Positions 12,626 through 27,900 of a DNA stretch of 64,000 nucleotides are shown in pieces. This DNA is from Eledone cirrhosa. Its lineage: Eukaryota. The stretch's first letter is position 1. Every line of letters starts with the position of its first letter. The DNA is taken from contig OZ024743.1 of assembly GCA_964016885.1 (NCBI GenBank), positions 108,438,001 through 108,502,000 on the forward strand. The letters run 5' to 3'. The notes under the pieces are model-generated. The model ran no database searches and was not told the DNA's origin. It saw nothing but the letters and a program-made list of their open reading frames with translations. Position numbers and translations under genes: made by a program.

Positions 12626-13835
12626 GTTAAGATTGCTGTTACTTGTTTTCACGTAATAATCAAAACCTGATATATGTATGTCCTCTAATATTCTTCAATA
12701 CATTTTACATTATTTTAAAAGTCTTATTTTGTTTACTTCCTCGTTTTTTTTCCATTTCTTCCCCTATATTCTTTTAATTATGTCTTCATACTTTTTTCTA
12801 CTTTTCTATTAATAACCTTATCACTTTCGTTTCGTTCACTTTATATTTCTAGCCGTGTCAATTTGAATTCAATAACGAATAATCCAAAATCAAACCCACC
12901 GTACAATATACACCTCCAACACCCCGCTAATATACTCTCACACCACTCCAACTACATTCTGTTGCTTCTTTTACTCTTTCCTAACATTTCAATTTTAATT
13001 AATCTCGCGATGCTTACTTCCTTCATCGCTCTTTTTCACTCCTCATCATTTCGTTTATTTCATATCTTTAAAATTTTATGCGGGGACACATGCAGCGAAT
13101 ATAATTTACCAAAAATATATTTGTCTTTCTCTTTTTTTTTTTTTTTTCCTTTAAATAATTTCCAAGTCTTTCAATTTTCCGAATGATTTCAAACATGATA
13201 TTTATTCTGATATCACTCCGATAGTAACGCTGTGAATATTGGCCTTGACACATAATTCTCAAATTCTTAGCCTCTGTTATCAACATTATTTATGATATTA
13301 TCTGTCTTATTACATTTTAGATTAAGCTCTATGGAAGTGACTGTAATGTACATAACAGGCTACTGCAAATGACAATAGCAGAATTAATGTTATGTATAGA
13401 AGCGCTATAACCAATTTTCTCTATAGTTAGGAGAAGCTTTAAGTAATGAATCTTAGATTTTTCTCTTTATGGTGGGTACACGGAATTTTATTATAGAAAC
13501 TTTGCCGTTTTCGATGATGAGCATTCAGTGTTTACTCAAATGAATATCTCGTCTTACATGAAAATTGTTGGGTATTTTACAGAATGGTTTTCTAATAAAG
13601 TAATGCTCCGGCTGAATCAACGTGACATAAGTACACATTCACCGAACATGCTTCCACACACTTTCTGTCTAACCAGTTTTACTCACTAAACTCTGGTCAA
13701 ACCAAGCAATGTTAAAACAACATGAAGTGGTATCGCTGTCGGTATCTTATGATTACGAAGTGATCGTTTTAAACAATAGTCTGTCTATATCCATAGAAAT
13801 TGATACAATTGTTATATATATCATTGTATATTAAT

Positions 13836-14064
13836 GCTTTCTAGTATAGGCACAAGGCCTAAATTTTTTTTTTTTTGGGGGGGGGGGAAAGTCGATTAAA
13901 TCGACCATAGTACGTTACTGGTGCTTTATTTTATCGATCCTGTAAGGATGAAAGGCAAAGTTAACTTGGGTGGGATTTGAATTAAGACCATAAAGGGCCA
14001 TAACTCTATGCGGCAAAGCATGGTGTCCGACTCTCTACCGATACTGCCAATCCACCACCCTATA
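13836..14064 (-). mobile_element. Full-length SINE family A (long form) with 13-bp target-site duplication
   Basis: A and B boxes plus an extra gtcgatttaatcgact-polyC segment; ATTGTATATTAAT repeated at 13823-13835 and 14065-14077. Confidence 0.9.
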
Positions 14065-14721
14065 ATTGTATATTAATAACCAGAGATAGGTGTCGGTACC
14101 TCAAGAATTTTACAACAACTCAGACGCAAATACCGAAATAGATTTTTTACACCTAGTTATGTCATCAAGACAATAAACAAATCGACAATACTCTCCATCT
14201 GATTGCCGGATTAATCAACCAATAAAGAAACTGGTGTCCTGTTATGAAACAAAAATGAATGCTAACACATGTAGACAGATATTTGCTTGTGTTCTCGTCT
14301 AAAATATAAATACATTTAATGTGACGACTCCTAATATAATAAATTAAACTGATAGTAGGATATAACTTGATGTATGGAAATAACAGGCATGACAAAATAT
14401 TGATTATGATCACTGATCATTTCTGACAGTAAGGTGAAATAGCCAGACTAATGTCAGGAGTAGGCTTGAACTCGCGTCGGTAGTTCAATATAATATATTA
14501 TAATATAATATATATATATATATATGTATATTTCAATTCAAATAGGTTGACAGTAACGTGGGCGGATTAAAATCACAACCGAGACCTGGCAAATATTTAA
14601 ATTGATAAATAGGAATATTTTGGAAGACATTTGTAAATTTGAATAAATGCGATTTTCAACAAATTATTAATGTATATATATAAACACACATATATATATA
14701 TATATAAACATATATATATAC

Positions 14722-14808
<87 letters not shown>

Positions 14809-16146
14809 TGTATGTATAATATATATATACATCTTTTATTAATGCATTTATAATCAAAGTAAATATTAGTTATATATTATGCATATTGCTGACGAGCATC
14901 AGGTTGTTGAGCACTGTCTTGAGGGAGTTAATAATTAATTATATGGTCTAGTACACCCAGCAAATATTTAGGGCTGCTAAATAGTCCAACAAACCTGTGG
15001 ACGAACCTGTAAGCTTTTCCCTATTTCCATCGCGTGTTACAAAAGCTGAAGTCTTTATGTAAACATCAACTGAAGTGAATGGGTACACTTTTTGTTTTTT
15101 ATATATAAACGCTTCACTGCCTTTATTTATTATCTCGCTATAGTGTTGCATGTATGCACAAAACCATTCATTGTATGCACACAGGATGCACCAGCCTGTG
15201 TAAAGATCAATAATTGGTACTTAACTAGATTCATGTGTTGTCTCTAGGCTGAAACTATGATGCATGTGAATACACGTGTAGTTGATTTCAATGCTAGGAT
15301 CGAGATGGTTTTGTGTTCGATATTGATTCAGTTATTGTGCATTTATTTTCGTTTATATATTATTTTTTTCATTTTTAATAATAGATCCGTATGAGTCACA
15401 CTTCATTATTTCCTATATATTGTGGGGCACTAGCATTGACGTAATCGGTTGAGACTCATTGAATTCATTACCCTAGAAAGAATTCTCTGCTTTCCTGTTT
15501 ACAGGCCTGAAATCATTTTTATGCCAAATCCTTCAATTGTAAATTTCCTCAACACACCAACTTCTGCCGAAATAGCTAGAAATAGCTACTGTCAATTTTG
15601 TATTATTAATCCTAATTTGTAATAAAAATTCACAATTTGTAATTTCTTATGTTATGTTCATCTCACAGTTCTTGATTATGTGAACAACCGTTTTTGATTT
15701 AAGTAAAATACCAGCAAATTACGGAGAGGAGCAAAGTTGACATCAATAGGATATAAATGCAGTATGTAAAGAACCAGAAAAAATAAGGCAATATCATTTT
15801 ATATGAGACTCTACGGTTTATGGCAAATCACTTCACGTGATTATATAAATATTGTTATCAGAAGCTAAATATGCATTATGGTAGTTTATTAAATAATGCG
15901 GTGTTACTTCACAGAAATGATGCTGAATAACATTTCCGATGAATATCTTCTTTCAATTAGTCGAAAAAAAAAGACATACCCTACACTTGTATTGTCTCGT
16001 TCTTACAGAACTATTTCTCCCTCTCAATATTTCTCACTCTCTTTGTTTCATTCTTTCTCTCATATATATATAGAGAGAGAGGGGGAGAAGGAACGAGAGA
16101 GATGGAGAGAGAGCACATTTTCAGCCGCGACCATGTTTTATGTATG

Positions 16147-16291
<145 letters not shown>

Positions 16292-16344
16292 ATGTGTGTG
16301 TGTGTATATATATGTGAGTGTGTGTGTGTGTATACATGAATGAC

Positions 16345-16660
16345 CTCAGCAATTGCACCTAGAAAGTTCTCCTCCGATGCACACGTCCGGGCAAGTTTGT
16401 TTGTGGATAGTCCATACATACCAGTCGCCCATACATACCAGTCTCTTTTTTTCATGCCACAGATGTTTTCCAAAGGAAAGGCAATGTCCGTTACAGCTTG
16501 GCCAAAGTGACGTCGCCACTAATTTCTACATCTGAGTGAACTGGAACAATGTGAAATAAAGTGTCTTGCTCAAGAAAAGGCGACACATCCCTGTCCGGGA
16601 ATCGTACTCACAACCTCACGATTGTAGGCCCGATGATCTATCCACTAAGCCATGCGTCTT
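16345..16660 (-). mobile_element. tRNA-derived SINE family B with CORE-like block
   Basis: Reverse complement: tggcttagtggatag (A box)...gtgagtacgattccc (B box)...cttgagcaagacactttatttcac; head shared with the 23881 copy. Confidence 0.8.
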
Positions 16661-17312
16661 CCACACACACACACACACACACACAAGCTTTCCTCTATGC
16701 AGTTTCAGATATACAAACGTATAAGATGGTCATAAAAGAAATGTATGTGATCATAGGTCGGATTTGGGGCAAATCAACATTAACTCGAGAGAGTCTTTAC
16801 ATGGTCACTCAACTTGCCAGCAATAGTAGCTGCCGCCTTTAAAACTTACTTTAGTGTCTCAAACATGTTAATACCAAAAACGCCCGAAACTGCCCATGTT
16901 GCTTCGATAAAAGATGCTTATTTTAAAATATTTATATTTATCTAAATATTGTTTATCACAATCTTTTAAAGAAACCTTGTTAATTTATACTCCAAACGTC
17001 ATCTTAGAAAAAAAAGTTAGTTAAATTACTTGCAAACACTTGGTTACTCTTTAAATGATTTAAAAATTACAGCCATTGTCTTTCATTAACATATGGGAAC
17101 AGGGCACGCTGACTAAAGATGACCAGGAAGCCATTTATGAGTGTATACAACACAGACTAAAATGTTCAAAATGTACAAGATGTACAAAACACGAACTAAA
17201 ATATAAGATAACATACAACAGTGATTCACAATTCATGCTAAAATGTTAAAAAGAATGAAGAACAAACAAGAAAAAAAACAGTTATCTCTCCCTCATTCAA
17301 AGCCCTGCAGTG

Positions 17313-17400
<88 letters not shown>

Positions 17401-18674
17401 GTTAGCGTGCCTGTATATGTGTGTGCAGTTTGTTACGCACAGTAAACATTCACATCAACCTTAACAAATGTACTCTTGACAAGTTTCTTTCTCCCGTTTG
17501 TTTAAAATATATCTCAAGAGTATTAAAGTGAGATGTACTGATTCGCTCTACATTTAATTCTCAAGGGAAGGAAGTTATTTTCTTTTGTTGCCTACGGTTC
17601 TTCTGTTTTTTTTCATTTTGTTTTTGTTATTGTTGTATACAATTAGCAAGTTTTTACAACTATCAGTTTGCAAACTCACAAACTCAGCTCTTATCCATTG
17701 CAAAATCTTGTCTATTTTAAAATCTGCGCTTGAAGTTCAAATGCTGGCAAGGCCAAATTTATCTTTCTCTTTCCAGATCGATAAGTAAATTATTAGTTCA
17801 GTACTTGGATTGCTTCTTCCTCTGTCTTTCTTTATTATTGTCTCTCTCACTCTTACTCTTCTTTGGAATAAATCGGCTGTATTCCAACTTAAAGAGGAAT
17901 GGACACCCCAACCCCCCAGTGTGCAAAATCCCCAATACCCGTCGATACCAGTATGTCACCCTTATGAATCCATCAAGTTTTAAGTTCCCATCAATTAGTC
18001 GACAATGTCCATATTCTTTCTGCTTCTCGAATCTCACTTATCTAAAATATGTTTCCTTTCTATTTTTTGCAGAACACGAAATTGTTATATGTGTATCGTA
18101 TTCACCAACCGGACCAGCAATCTTATTGAATATAAAACTGGTAAGTGTTACATTATATTTTTCTACAAAATCTTTCAAACTTCACTATAAAATGGTAATT
18201 TCAATTTATAAAACAATCAAGAGACAGGAAAAAAGTTTAATTCGTAACAGAAAAACGGGTTGTAGGTAAGAAAGAAAAATTAAATACTGAAAAAAAAAAG
18301 ACTGAAAAAATGGCACTCTACACCTTTTAATATGCGATATATAACAACTGTACCCCGCGGCCAAGTCACAGACATTCGCAATGAATGTGATTGTAATTCG
18401 GTCAAATATATCTTCCTTCACCCACCTTTACTTTCGTAAATATTGCGATATTTGACTACTCTCTATTTTTATCTAAAACAAGTCACACTCACGTTGTTTC
18501 ACTAATGCAACACAAACCCATACTTGCTTTGATTTTAAAACAACACACACACACACACACTCCCACTCAAACACTCAAACACTAACACATGCACACCCGC
18601 ACACTCACACTCAAACCCTCAAACATACATGCACATTCATGTATATATATAAACACACGCACACACACATACGC

Positions 18675-18729
<55 letters not shown>

Positions 18730-19782
18730 ATCTGGCTGTTTTTCTCTTTTCATCTTTTGTTTTCTACCTTGTATTATTTCCCTTCTAACATGGCGGTTAG
18801 AGATATTTACTAACACGTTCAGTTAATGAACATAGAATTTACGCATACAGACACATAATTTACACATTCACGCCCAGGTGCAAACACACACATAATTTAC
18901 ACATTCACGAACACGTACAAGCTCACACTCAAGCACACACACATATTCATTTATATATAAAAGCAAACAAACAAAAAAAGTCACATACGCATGCATACAT
19001 ATAAAAAAAAAATTAGACACATATATATAAAAACACCCCGCCATTTTTCCATATCACTTGTCTCACTCTTACTGAGTAACACAAACCTCTCTATCTCTTT
19101 CTTTCTCTCTATTTCCATCTCTCCCTTTTTAAATCTCTCTTTCTGTATTTCATTTTCTATTTCTTCCTCTTTATGGCTCCTTTTCTATCTCTCTTATACT
19201 ATATGTTTCTATCTATGTCTTTTTCTCCCTCTCTCCCTTTCTCCCTTGTTTCTTTCTATCTATCTTTTTGACTCCCTCTCTCTATCCCTTTGTCTCTGCC
19301 TATCTTTCTCTTTCTAAAATTCCATCTTTTTATATGTATCTGTTTGTCGTGCTTTCTATTTATCACCCCTGTGTACGACTTGATCATTAGGTTCAGTTCA
19401 GAACCTTGATCAAAGGCTTTACAGACATCGCATTCACATCTTATTCTTATTCATCAATAACTAAATTGTCCAGCGTGTCCTTCATATTTTTTTCAGTTAG
19501 TAGTGACTTCCATTTCTAGCTGGTAGATAGCGCGACGTTGGGGATCCTCGTCATTACGTTTTTTTTTTGTTTTTTTTTTTATTAGACAATGTTTAATTCA
19601 CTTATTCAAAATTTTTTTCCAATTCCTATGTGTGTTCTTCATTTCTCTCTTGATCCATTATCCCCCCCCCCCCCCCACATCACATTTATTTCTTCTGAGA
19701 CAATGTTTCGCTTTAGACATACAAAAATGGCTCACAATAACAATATCATGAATAAATTAAAACTGATACATGATAATCGCCA

Positions 19783-19833
<51 letters not shown>

Positions 19834-20369
19834 ATGTATGTATGTATGTATGTATGTATGTATGTATGTATGTATGTATGTATGTATATATTTGTGTGTG
19901 TGTGCATGCGTGTGCATATAAGTCTACGCAAATATATATATATATATATATATATCGTGCGTACATAGGTGTATATATGGAATGCCATTAACACATTCCT
20001 TTCATAACACACTAAATATTCATATCCATAGTTATTCCGTTATTCTCCATAAAACAAAACGTCACGATATACATTCCTTCTCTCTCTTTCTCGCTCCCTC
20101 CCTCTCTCTCACTCCACTTTCTCACCCACCCTTGCTCTTTTTACTCTCTTACACTTATTTTTTCTCACATCCCCCTGTCTGATTCCCTATCTTCCTCTCT
20201 ATCTTTCTATCTCACTCTTTCTTTCCCGGTCTCTCTCCCTCACCCTTCAAATACGTAATTACTTCGGAGGTTTTTTTCTACTTTATTTCATTGCTATTAA
20301 TCCATTATGTAGTTCCTCCTGTTGAAAAAACTCATATGTCAGGCAATATACTACAACAAGTAATACCAT

Positions 20370-21060
<691 letters not shown>

Positions 21061-21149
21061 ATAATTCTACTACCTACAGATTCTACTGGTATGGAGCTCC
21101 GTGTGTTTCTACAAAGTATGTTGCAATTGTTCGATCAATGGATCATCAT

Positions 21150-21290
21150 ACTCATGAAATTAGCGCGTGAGTTGCTGAGCATTCCACACTCTCATGTGTC
21201 CTTATCTTAATTCTCAGAGGTATACAGCGCTGCACATTGTATGGCAAAGTTGGCCATTTGCACAAAAGATACAGTTTATTTGAGGAATTT
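21150..21290. repeat. Old interspersed repeat, related to 590-690
   Basis: gagcattccacactctcatgtgtccttatcttaattctcag...cagcgctgcaca resembles gagcattctacagactctgcacccttaacgtatttctcag...cagcatgacaga. Confidence 0.5.
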
Positions 21291-22040
21291 CCAAAGAGTT
21301 CCATCCACTCAATTTCACACAGAAGGCATAGGTACACCCGGAACTAGGATAAATGTAACATCCTACGATATCGCCTTTCTCTATCAAATGAGAAAACCGT
21401 TTTCTCAAATACTGTCAAAATGATAAATGCTCAATCATTCGGCAGAAAATCAGTACCAGTGACTGCAGAATGTGGTGACTGCTCTTCGATATTCTCCCTT
21501 GTCACAGCAGACAAAATATAGACAGCGTTATCGCGAGGATAGAGAGGCAAACAGTTTTGGATGACTGTACCGAGATTGAGTAGGAAGCTGGTCCCTGTAC
21601 CCAGAATGACACTGCTTTAACATATAACAATATGCACAATTATTAGTGTTGTTGAACCTCCCTCGCTTCCGATACCGAGTATTCTAGTTGGGCAAGTTGC
21701 TGAAGTTTTCACAGTCATGTGAACGTGTATATTCCACGAACAATAGGCGTTTGAAAGATTTGTGGACTGCAATAATGTTAAATAAATGTTTTGCTCAAGA
21801 ATAAGACACGGTGACAGAAATCCAACTCAAAATCGTGAGCCAAACAGCCATAAACCATAAAGCAACTGTCTCCACAAGTATAAGATAGATTTAATACACG
21901 CTCATCCGATCTACTGTCATCTATCATACAACATTAACCAAATGTACTACTGTTATTGCTATTAATCTCATTAATTATATTATTATAATTATATAAACAA
22001 AAATGTTAACTCTATATTTCATTTAGCATATTGTGTAAGC

Positions 22041-22113
<73 letters not shown>

Positions 22114-22371
22114 GCATACATACATGCATTCAACGCAATCATGCACACACACACACACACACACGCACATGTGTATATATGTGTGTGATATACAGAAGAT
22201 TATAAAATATTGTTTTATTTATACCAGCTGTCAGATAAATTTGTCGGTGTTTCGTCGACACATTAAGTTTAAGTTCTATTTTTCGCGTGTATGTATACGT
22301 AACTTTTTTAACCCCGTAATTTTCCTGTAATATAACCTCCTTTGTTAAGGGTAGCGTGTATGTATATATGC

Positions 22372-22403
<32 letters not shown>

Positions 22404-22421
22404 TTACATATCTATATGTAT

Positions 22422-22492
<71 letters not shown>

Positions 22493-22515
22493 TATATACA
22501 TACATACACACACAT

Positions 22516-22560
<45 letters not shown>

Positions 22561-22592
22561 TATATATACATATATATATACATACATATATA

Positions 22593-22696
<104 letters not shown>

Positions 22697-23708
22697 ACCA
22701 CGTGATATAGTGATATCTTTGTATGATGCATATAAAATATTAAACAAATAAACGTTAAGATGTCAGCTTTCAGATGAATAATGAGTTTTCCTGAAACACC
22801 AGCCAAACATCTTACAACCGTGGAAGATGGAAGAATATTTTAACTGTCATGTTTTTTTCGTCGTTTTTCTTTTCAACCGACATAAACAGTCTCTGTTATT
22901 TTACTGAATAACGTTGAATAGCTGAAATTATGTATGTTTTTTTCATATCATGACATAATACACAGCTATCTGTGTGTGTACTTGCCTGTGTGTATGCATG
23001 CGCAGTGATGCGGGGAAACAAATACACATATGTATCTATTTGTCTTCTCTATTTATACATTTCTCTTTATCTCTCATTTTCACTTAGTATAAACGTGTGT
23101 GTATGTGTTTGTGTAGGGTTATGTATGTATGTGGGCGCGCGTGTATGAATATACACATGCATCTATGTGTATTATGTATTTATGTTTCTCTTCCTGATTC
23201 TCTATTGTACTTTCTGGGTAGAGACTCGCGCAACTGTGTCACTAGTTTCAAGCAAATGGTTTGTGTTAAATCGGCAAAGCTAGTTTAAAAACCAAACAAA
23301 AAAAACAACATAAAACACTTCAGCCCACGATGAAATATCCATCAGGGTATTGATCCCAGGAACTTGTTGCGAAGCGAACATCTTAATAACTTGATCTTCA
23401 TTCATAAGATGCATAAGCACGCTCATACATATACACACAGCCACACCCACATACACATACGCACATACTGGCATTAACTAAAATCAACCCTCCATTCTTA
23501 AGATGGCAAAGAGTAGTTTGATGAAGAATTGGGTGTTGGTTCAAAAAGTCTGATCAATCATGTATAAACTCCATTTCTTGGGTTCCTAGAATCTCCTTAT
23601 TTCAATTATTGCTGGAAACTGGATAAACTTTCAATATACTAGTTTGCAATATTTGTCTTTTATATTTATTCAATATCGCAACAAACATCCCAATGAAGAT
23701 TATAAACT

Positions 23709-23778
<70 letters not shown>

Positions 23779-23829
23779 ATATATATATATATGTATATAT
23801 ATTGTATATGTATATATATATATTGATAT

Positions 23830-23865
<36 letters not shown>

Positions 23866-23880
23866 GTATGTATATATATA

Positions 23881-24270
23881 TGGCTTAGTGCTTAGAGCAT
23901 TGGGCTTGCAATCGAAAGGTTGTGAGTTCAATCCTCGGACCGGGTGATGTGTTGTTTCCTTGAGCAAGACACTTTATTTCATATTGCTCCAGTTTACTCA
24001 GCTGTAGAAATGAGATGATAGGACTGGGGTCCTTATATTTCACTGCAAAGTGGTGGTGGAGGTGCCACGGAAAAAAAGCACCCATCACTCACTGTAAATG
24101 AGGTTGATGTTAGGAAGGGCATCCAGCTGTAGAAATCAAGCCACAATCAGTTCCTGTATGAGCAAGAGAATGTCATCCGACCGGACACTGCCTGCAACAT
24201 GACAACCCGTCTAACCCATGCTAGCGTAGAAGAACAGACGTAAAACGGTGATGATGATGATGATGATGAT
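23881..24270 (+). mobile_element. tRNA/CORE-like SINE head followed by a LINE-like 3' tail ending in (GAT)n
   Basis: A box tggcttagtgcttag, B box gagttcaatcc, ccttgagcaagacacttt; tail gttaggaagggcatccagctgtagaaa...aacccatgctagc...(gat)n resembles RTE-type 3' ends. Confidence 0.75.
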
Positions 24271-24402
24271 GAGATATATATATTTTTTTTCTTTTTTTTC
24301 TCTATCTGCCTCTCTTTCTCTCTCTCTATCTCTCCCTATCTCTCAGTCTCCACTCACTATTACCCTCACACCTCTCACTCTATGTATGTATGTATGTGTA
24401 AT

Positions 24403-24463
<61 letters not shown>

Positions 24464-24471
24464 ATATATAA

Positions 24472-24533
<62 letters not shown>

Positions 24534-24585
24534 GTATATATATATATGTATATATATACGTATATATATATATATACGTATATAT

Positions 24586-24674
<89 letters not shown>

Positions 24675-24705
24675 CACATACATACACACACACACAAACA
24701 TGCAT

Positions 24706-24756
<51 letters not shown>

Positions 24757-25401
24757 TTTAAAGATAACATTAATAATGTAGTAACACTGATAAAAGTAAC
24801 AATAACAAGCAGCAGAAGGAACAAAAAATATAACAACAATATCAACAATACAATCATAAAACGAGTAACAATAGCAATACTAAATAATCACAAATTCCTT
24901 TGCTCCTCTTCGAATCGTGCACACTATACCTTTGGGAGTCGTTGTGAATCCGAACGATGACTCCATAATTTAATCTAAATCTTAGATGGGGTGGTGAGTC
25001 ATGAAAAATGGCACTGGGACGGCAGGAATAATGATTATAGAGAAGAAGAAGAAGAAGAAGAAGAGAAGAAGAAGAAGAAGAAGAAGAAGAAGAAGAAGAA
25101 GAAGAAGAAGAAGAAGCAGCAGCAGCAGCAGCAGCTAATTAATTTCATCGATTCGTGAACAAGCAGAATCTTAAAATTCTTTAGACAAGCCCTTCATTCA
25201 TCAGCTGGGTCATTCATGGTTTAACAACGTATGTGTGTACGTAAGTATGTATGTACGTATGTTTCTATGTATGAACGTCAGTACGTGTGTGCGTATGTAT
25301 GTGTGCATGAATGTGTGTGGGTTTATGTTCAAATTTATATACACATGTCTATATGTATCTGTTCGTGCATATATACGTATATATATATATATATATATAC
25401 G

Positions 25402-25433
<32 letters not shown>

Positions 25434-25446
25434 TATACATATGTAT

Positions 25447-25555
<109 letters not shown>

Positions 25556-25822
25556 ATATATATGCATATATATATATGTATATATATATATATTTTTAGA
25601 GAGAGAGAGAGAGACGATGGAAGAAAGAGAATTAGTTAGGGAGAGAGCGAGAGAAAGAGATAGCGAGATAGAGAGTGAGAGCGAGAAGGAGAGAGAGATG
25701 TAAATTGCTGACCACGTCACTCCGGGGTCGGGATTTTATAAATCTCTATTCCAACATTTGATCTACCCATGCATTGAGTCCTCCCAAGGATAGTGGTATT
25801 CCCGGTTTCAGGACCAGAGCCT

Positions 25823-25905
<83 letters not shown>

Positions 25906-26069
25906 CCTATTTCTCTCTCACTCTATCTGCTTTTCTCCTTTGTGAAATCCCAATTTCTCGGGAAATATTCCGAGGCACAAACTTGCACTTTAAGGTGGAA
26001 ACACAAACACACACTCACACATATTCACACACACCATACCACACAAACATACTTATATATACAGATATA

Positions 26070-26225
26070 TGAACGTTGTTCTGCAATTTCCATTACTAAA
26101 TCCCACTGACAAAACATTATTTAATCCAAGGATATAAAAGGAAACGCTTGCCTAAGGTGGCACGTAAAGGGACTGAATCCAAAACTATTTGGTTGCAAAG
26201 CAAAATCTTTAACTATTGAGCAATG
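26070..26225 (-). mobile_element. Old SINE remnant
   Basis: Reverse complement has a degenerate tRNA head (ggattcagtccc) followed by ccttaggcaagcgttt; weakly related relics near 13650-13770, 21780-21860 and 23340-23395. Confidence 0.45.
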
Positions 26226-26306
26226 AACTCGCATTTATATAAAGTAGGATTTTATATACAGGTGAAAGCCGGTAGCGTAACGTTAAATCAGCATATTCTA
26301 GGTTAT

Positions 26307-26680
26307 ATTATTTTGGTTCAGTATCGGTAGAGGGTCGGACGCCATGCTTTCCAGCATAGTTACGTCCCTTTACGATCTGAGTTCAAATCCCGCCGAGGTT
26401 GACTTTGCCTTTCATCCTTACGGGGGTCGATAAAATAAAGTACCAGTAATGCACTGGGTAATTGCTGGCCTTGTGCCTAAAGTAGAAACAATTATTTTGG
26501 TTCAGTATCGGTAGAGGGTCGGACGCCATGCTTTGACGCATGGAGTTCGGCCCTTGACATTCTGAGTTCAAATCCCGCCGAGGTTAACTTTGCCTTTCAT
26601 CCTAACGGGGGTCGATAAAATAAAGTACCAGTAATACACTTGGATAATTGCTTGCCTTGTGCCTATTCTAGAAACAATTA
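26307..26680 (+). mobile_element. Head-to-tail SINE family A dimer
   Basis: Units start at 26307 and 26491 (184-bp spacing), each with B box, central domain and tail. Confidence 0.92.
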
Positions 26681-26842
26681 TTTATATTACGAATTAAAAT
26701 AAGTTATATATTATCTGTTGTTTGACGTTTTCTCTCCTCTGATTTACCAACTGATTTAAATATCCGACAAAGACTCTCACCCCCCATATATGTATAACTT
26801 TATATATATATATATATTTCGTTTATTACTAATATTATATAT

Positions 26843-27104
26843 ATATCACAGAAAAAAAGAGAATCTCTTTTGCGACGAATGCATTTATTGGACATATTAC
26901 AATCCTTTCTCTGGCGACCAGCTCGAGGCACGATCGATGTGATGATCGAACGCGAATCCGAAAATCGCAAGGTCCTCAGAAACGTCTTGATTCTACAAAG
27001 GAAAATGTACTTCGTATAGAAACGATTGGTCGCCAGAGAAACGATTGTAATATGTCCAATAAATTCCTTCCTCGCAACACTTATTCTCTTTTTTTCTCTG
27101 ATAT
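26843..27104 (+). mobile_element. Fold-back cassette with hammerhead 3' half (putative Penelope pLTR relic)
   Basis: ~78-bp inverted arms 26843-26920 and 27027-27104; right arm GAAA(27038)-CGATTG-TA...AATAAA; TA-rich flanks. Confidence 0.55.
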
Positions 27105-27570
27105 CATACTCAGCATACGGACGCTTTAACCATCCAACACCAATTATATATATATATATAATATTAGTAAAAAAAACGAAATATTATACACTTCATATCA
27201 TCTCTATTTATTTCATTATATATATTTCAAAGATGCAAAGTTTTATATATAACATAAAGCAAAACCTGTTATCTTCAGACCAAATATATATACAGAACAT
27301 GTATAATTTGTTCCTGATATGCTGATAGACAAACGAACTGGACAAATGGCTGGCCACTAGGCATATTATATATATAATAAATAAGAGTTTTATATAATAA
27401 ATAAGGTTTTATTTGTATATCTTCATTTTATTACATCGTTCTATTTTACGTATTTAAAGATGTCAGAGTGGCTTGTTTTCATCAGATAGTTTAAGATGCA
27501 TTTGCCTATCTATTGATATGTTACTTGTTTCTCGTGGTATAAATATATATATCTATATATATATATATAT

Positions 27571-27790
27571 GAAATTATAAATGTAAGCTATCGTCGTATT
27601 TTGACTAAACAAATTTAAGAAAATTATTTTAGCCTGATAGTGGGGATAAAAAATGGAAAAAGATGAGTATTGACGTACAATACTCATCTTTTCCATTTTT
27701 ATCCGAGGGTTCTTAACCCCACTATCAGGCTAAATAATTTTCTTTAATTTGTTTAGTCAAAATACGGCGATAGCTTACATTTATAATTTC
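27571..27790. repeat. ~220-bp near-perfect palindrome
   Basis: Arms 27571-27672 and 27678-27790, 5-nt loop acgta; right arm has a ~14-nt insertion; left end abuts (TA)n. Confidence 0.92.
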
Positions 27791-27855
27791 AAAACTCGCT
27801 CGCTGTTTCGAAAATATTCTTACTTGATATATATATGTATATATATATATATATA

Positions 27856-27900
<45 letters not shown>

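Noticed and set aside
14452-14476. Minus-strand match to a tRNA-Leu-like T-arm and 3' end
   Set aside because: Only ~25 nt with no D or anticodon arms; not a tRNA gene
17730-18269. 179-aa ORF and antisense 79-aa ORF
   Set aside because: Non-ATG starts, no recognisable domain, composition typical of non-coding DNA
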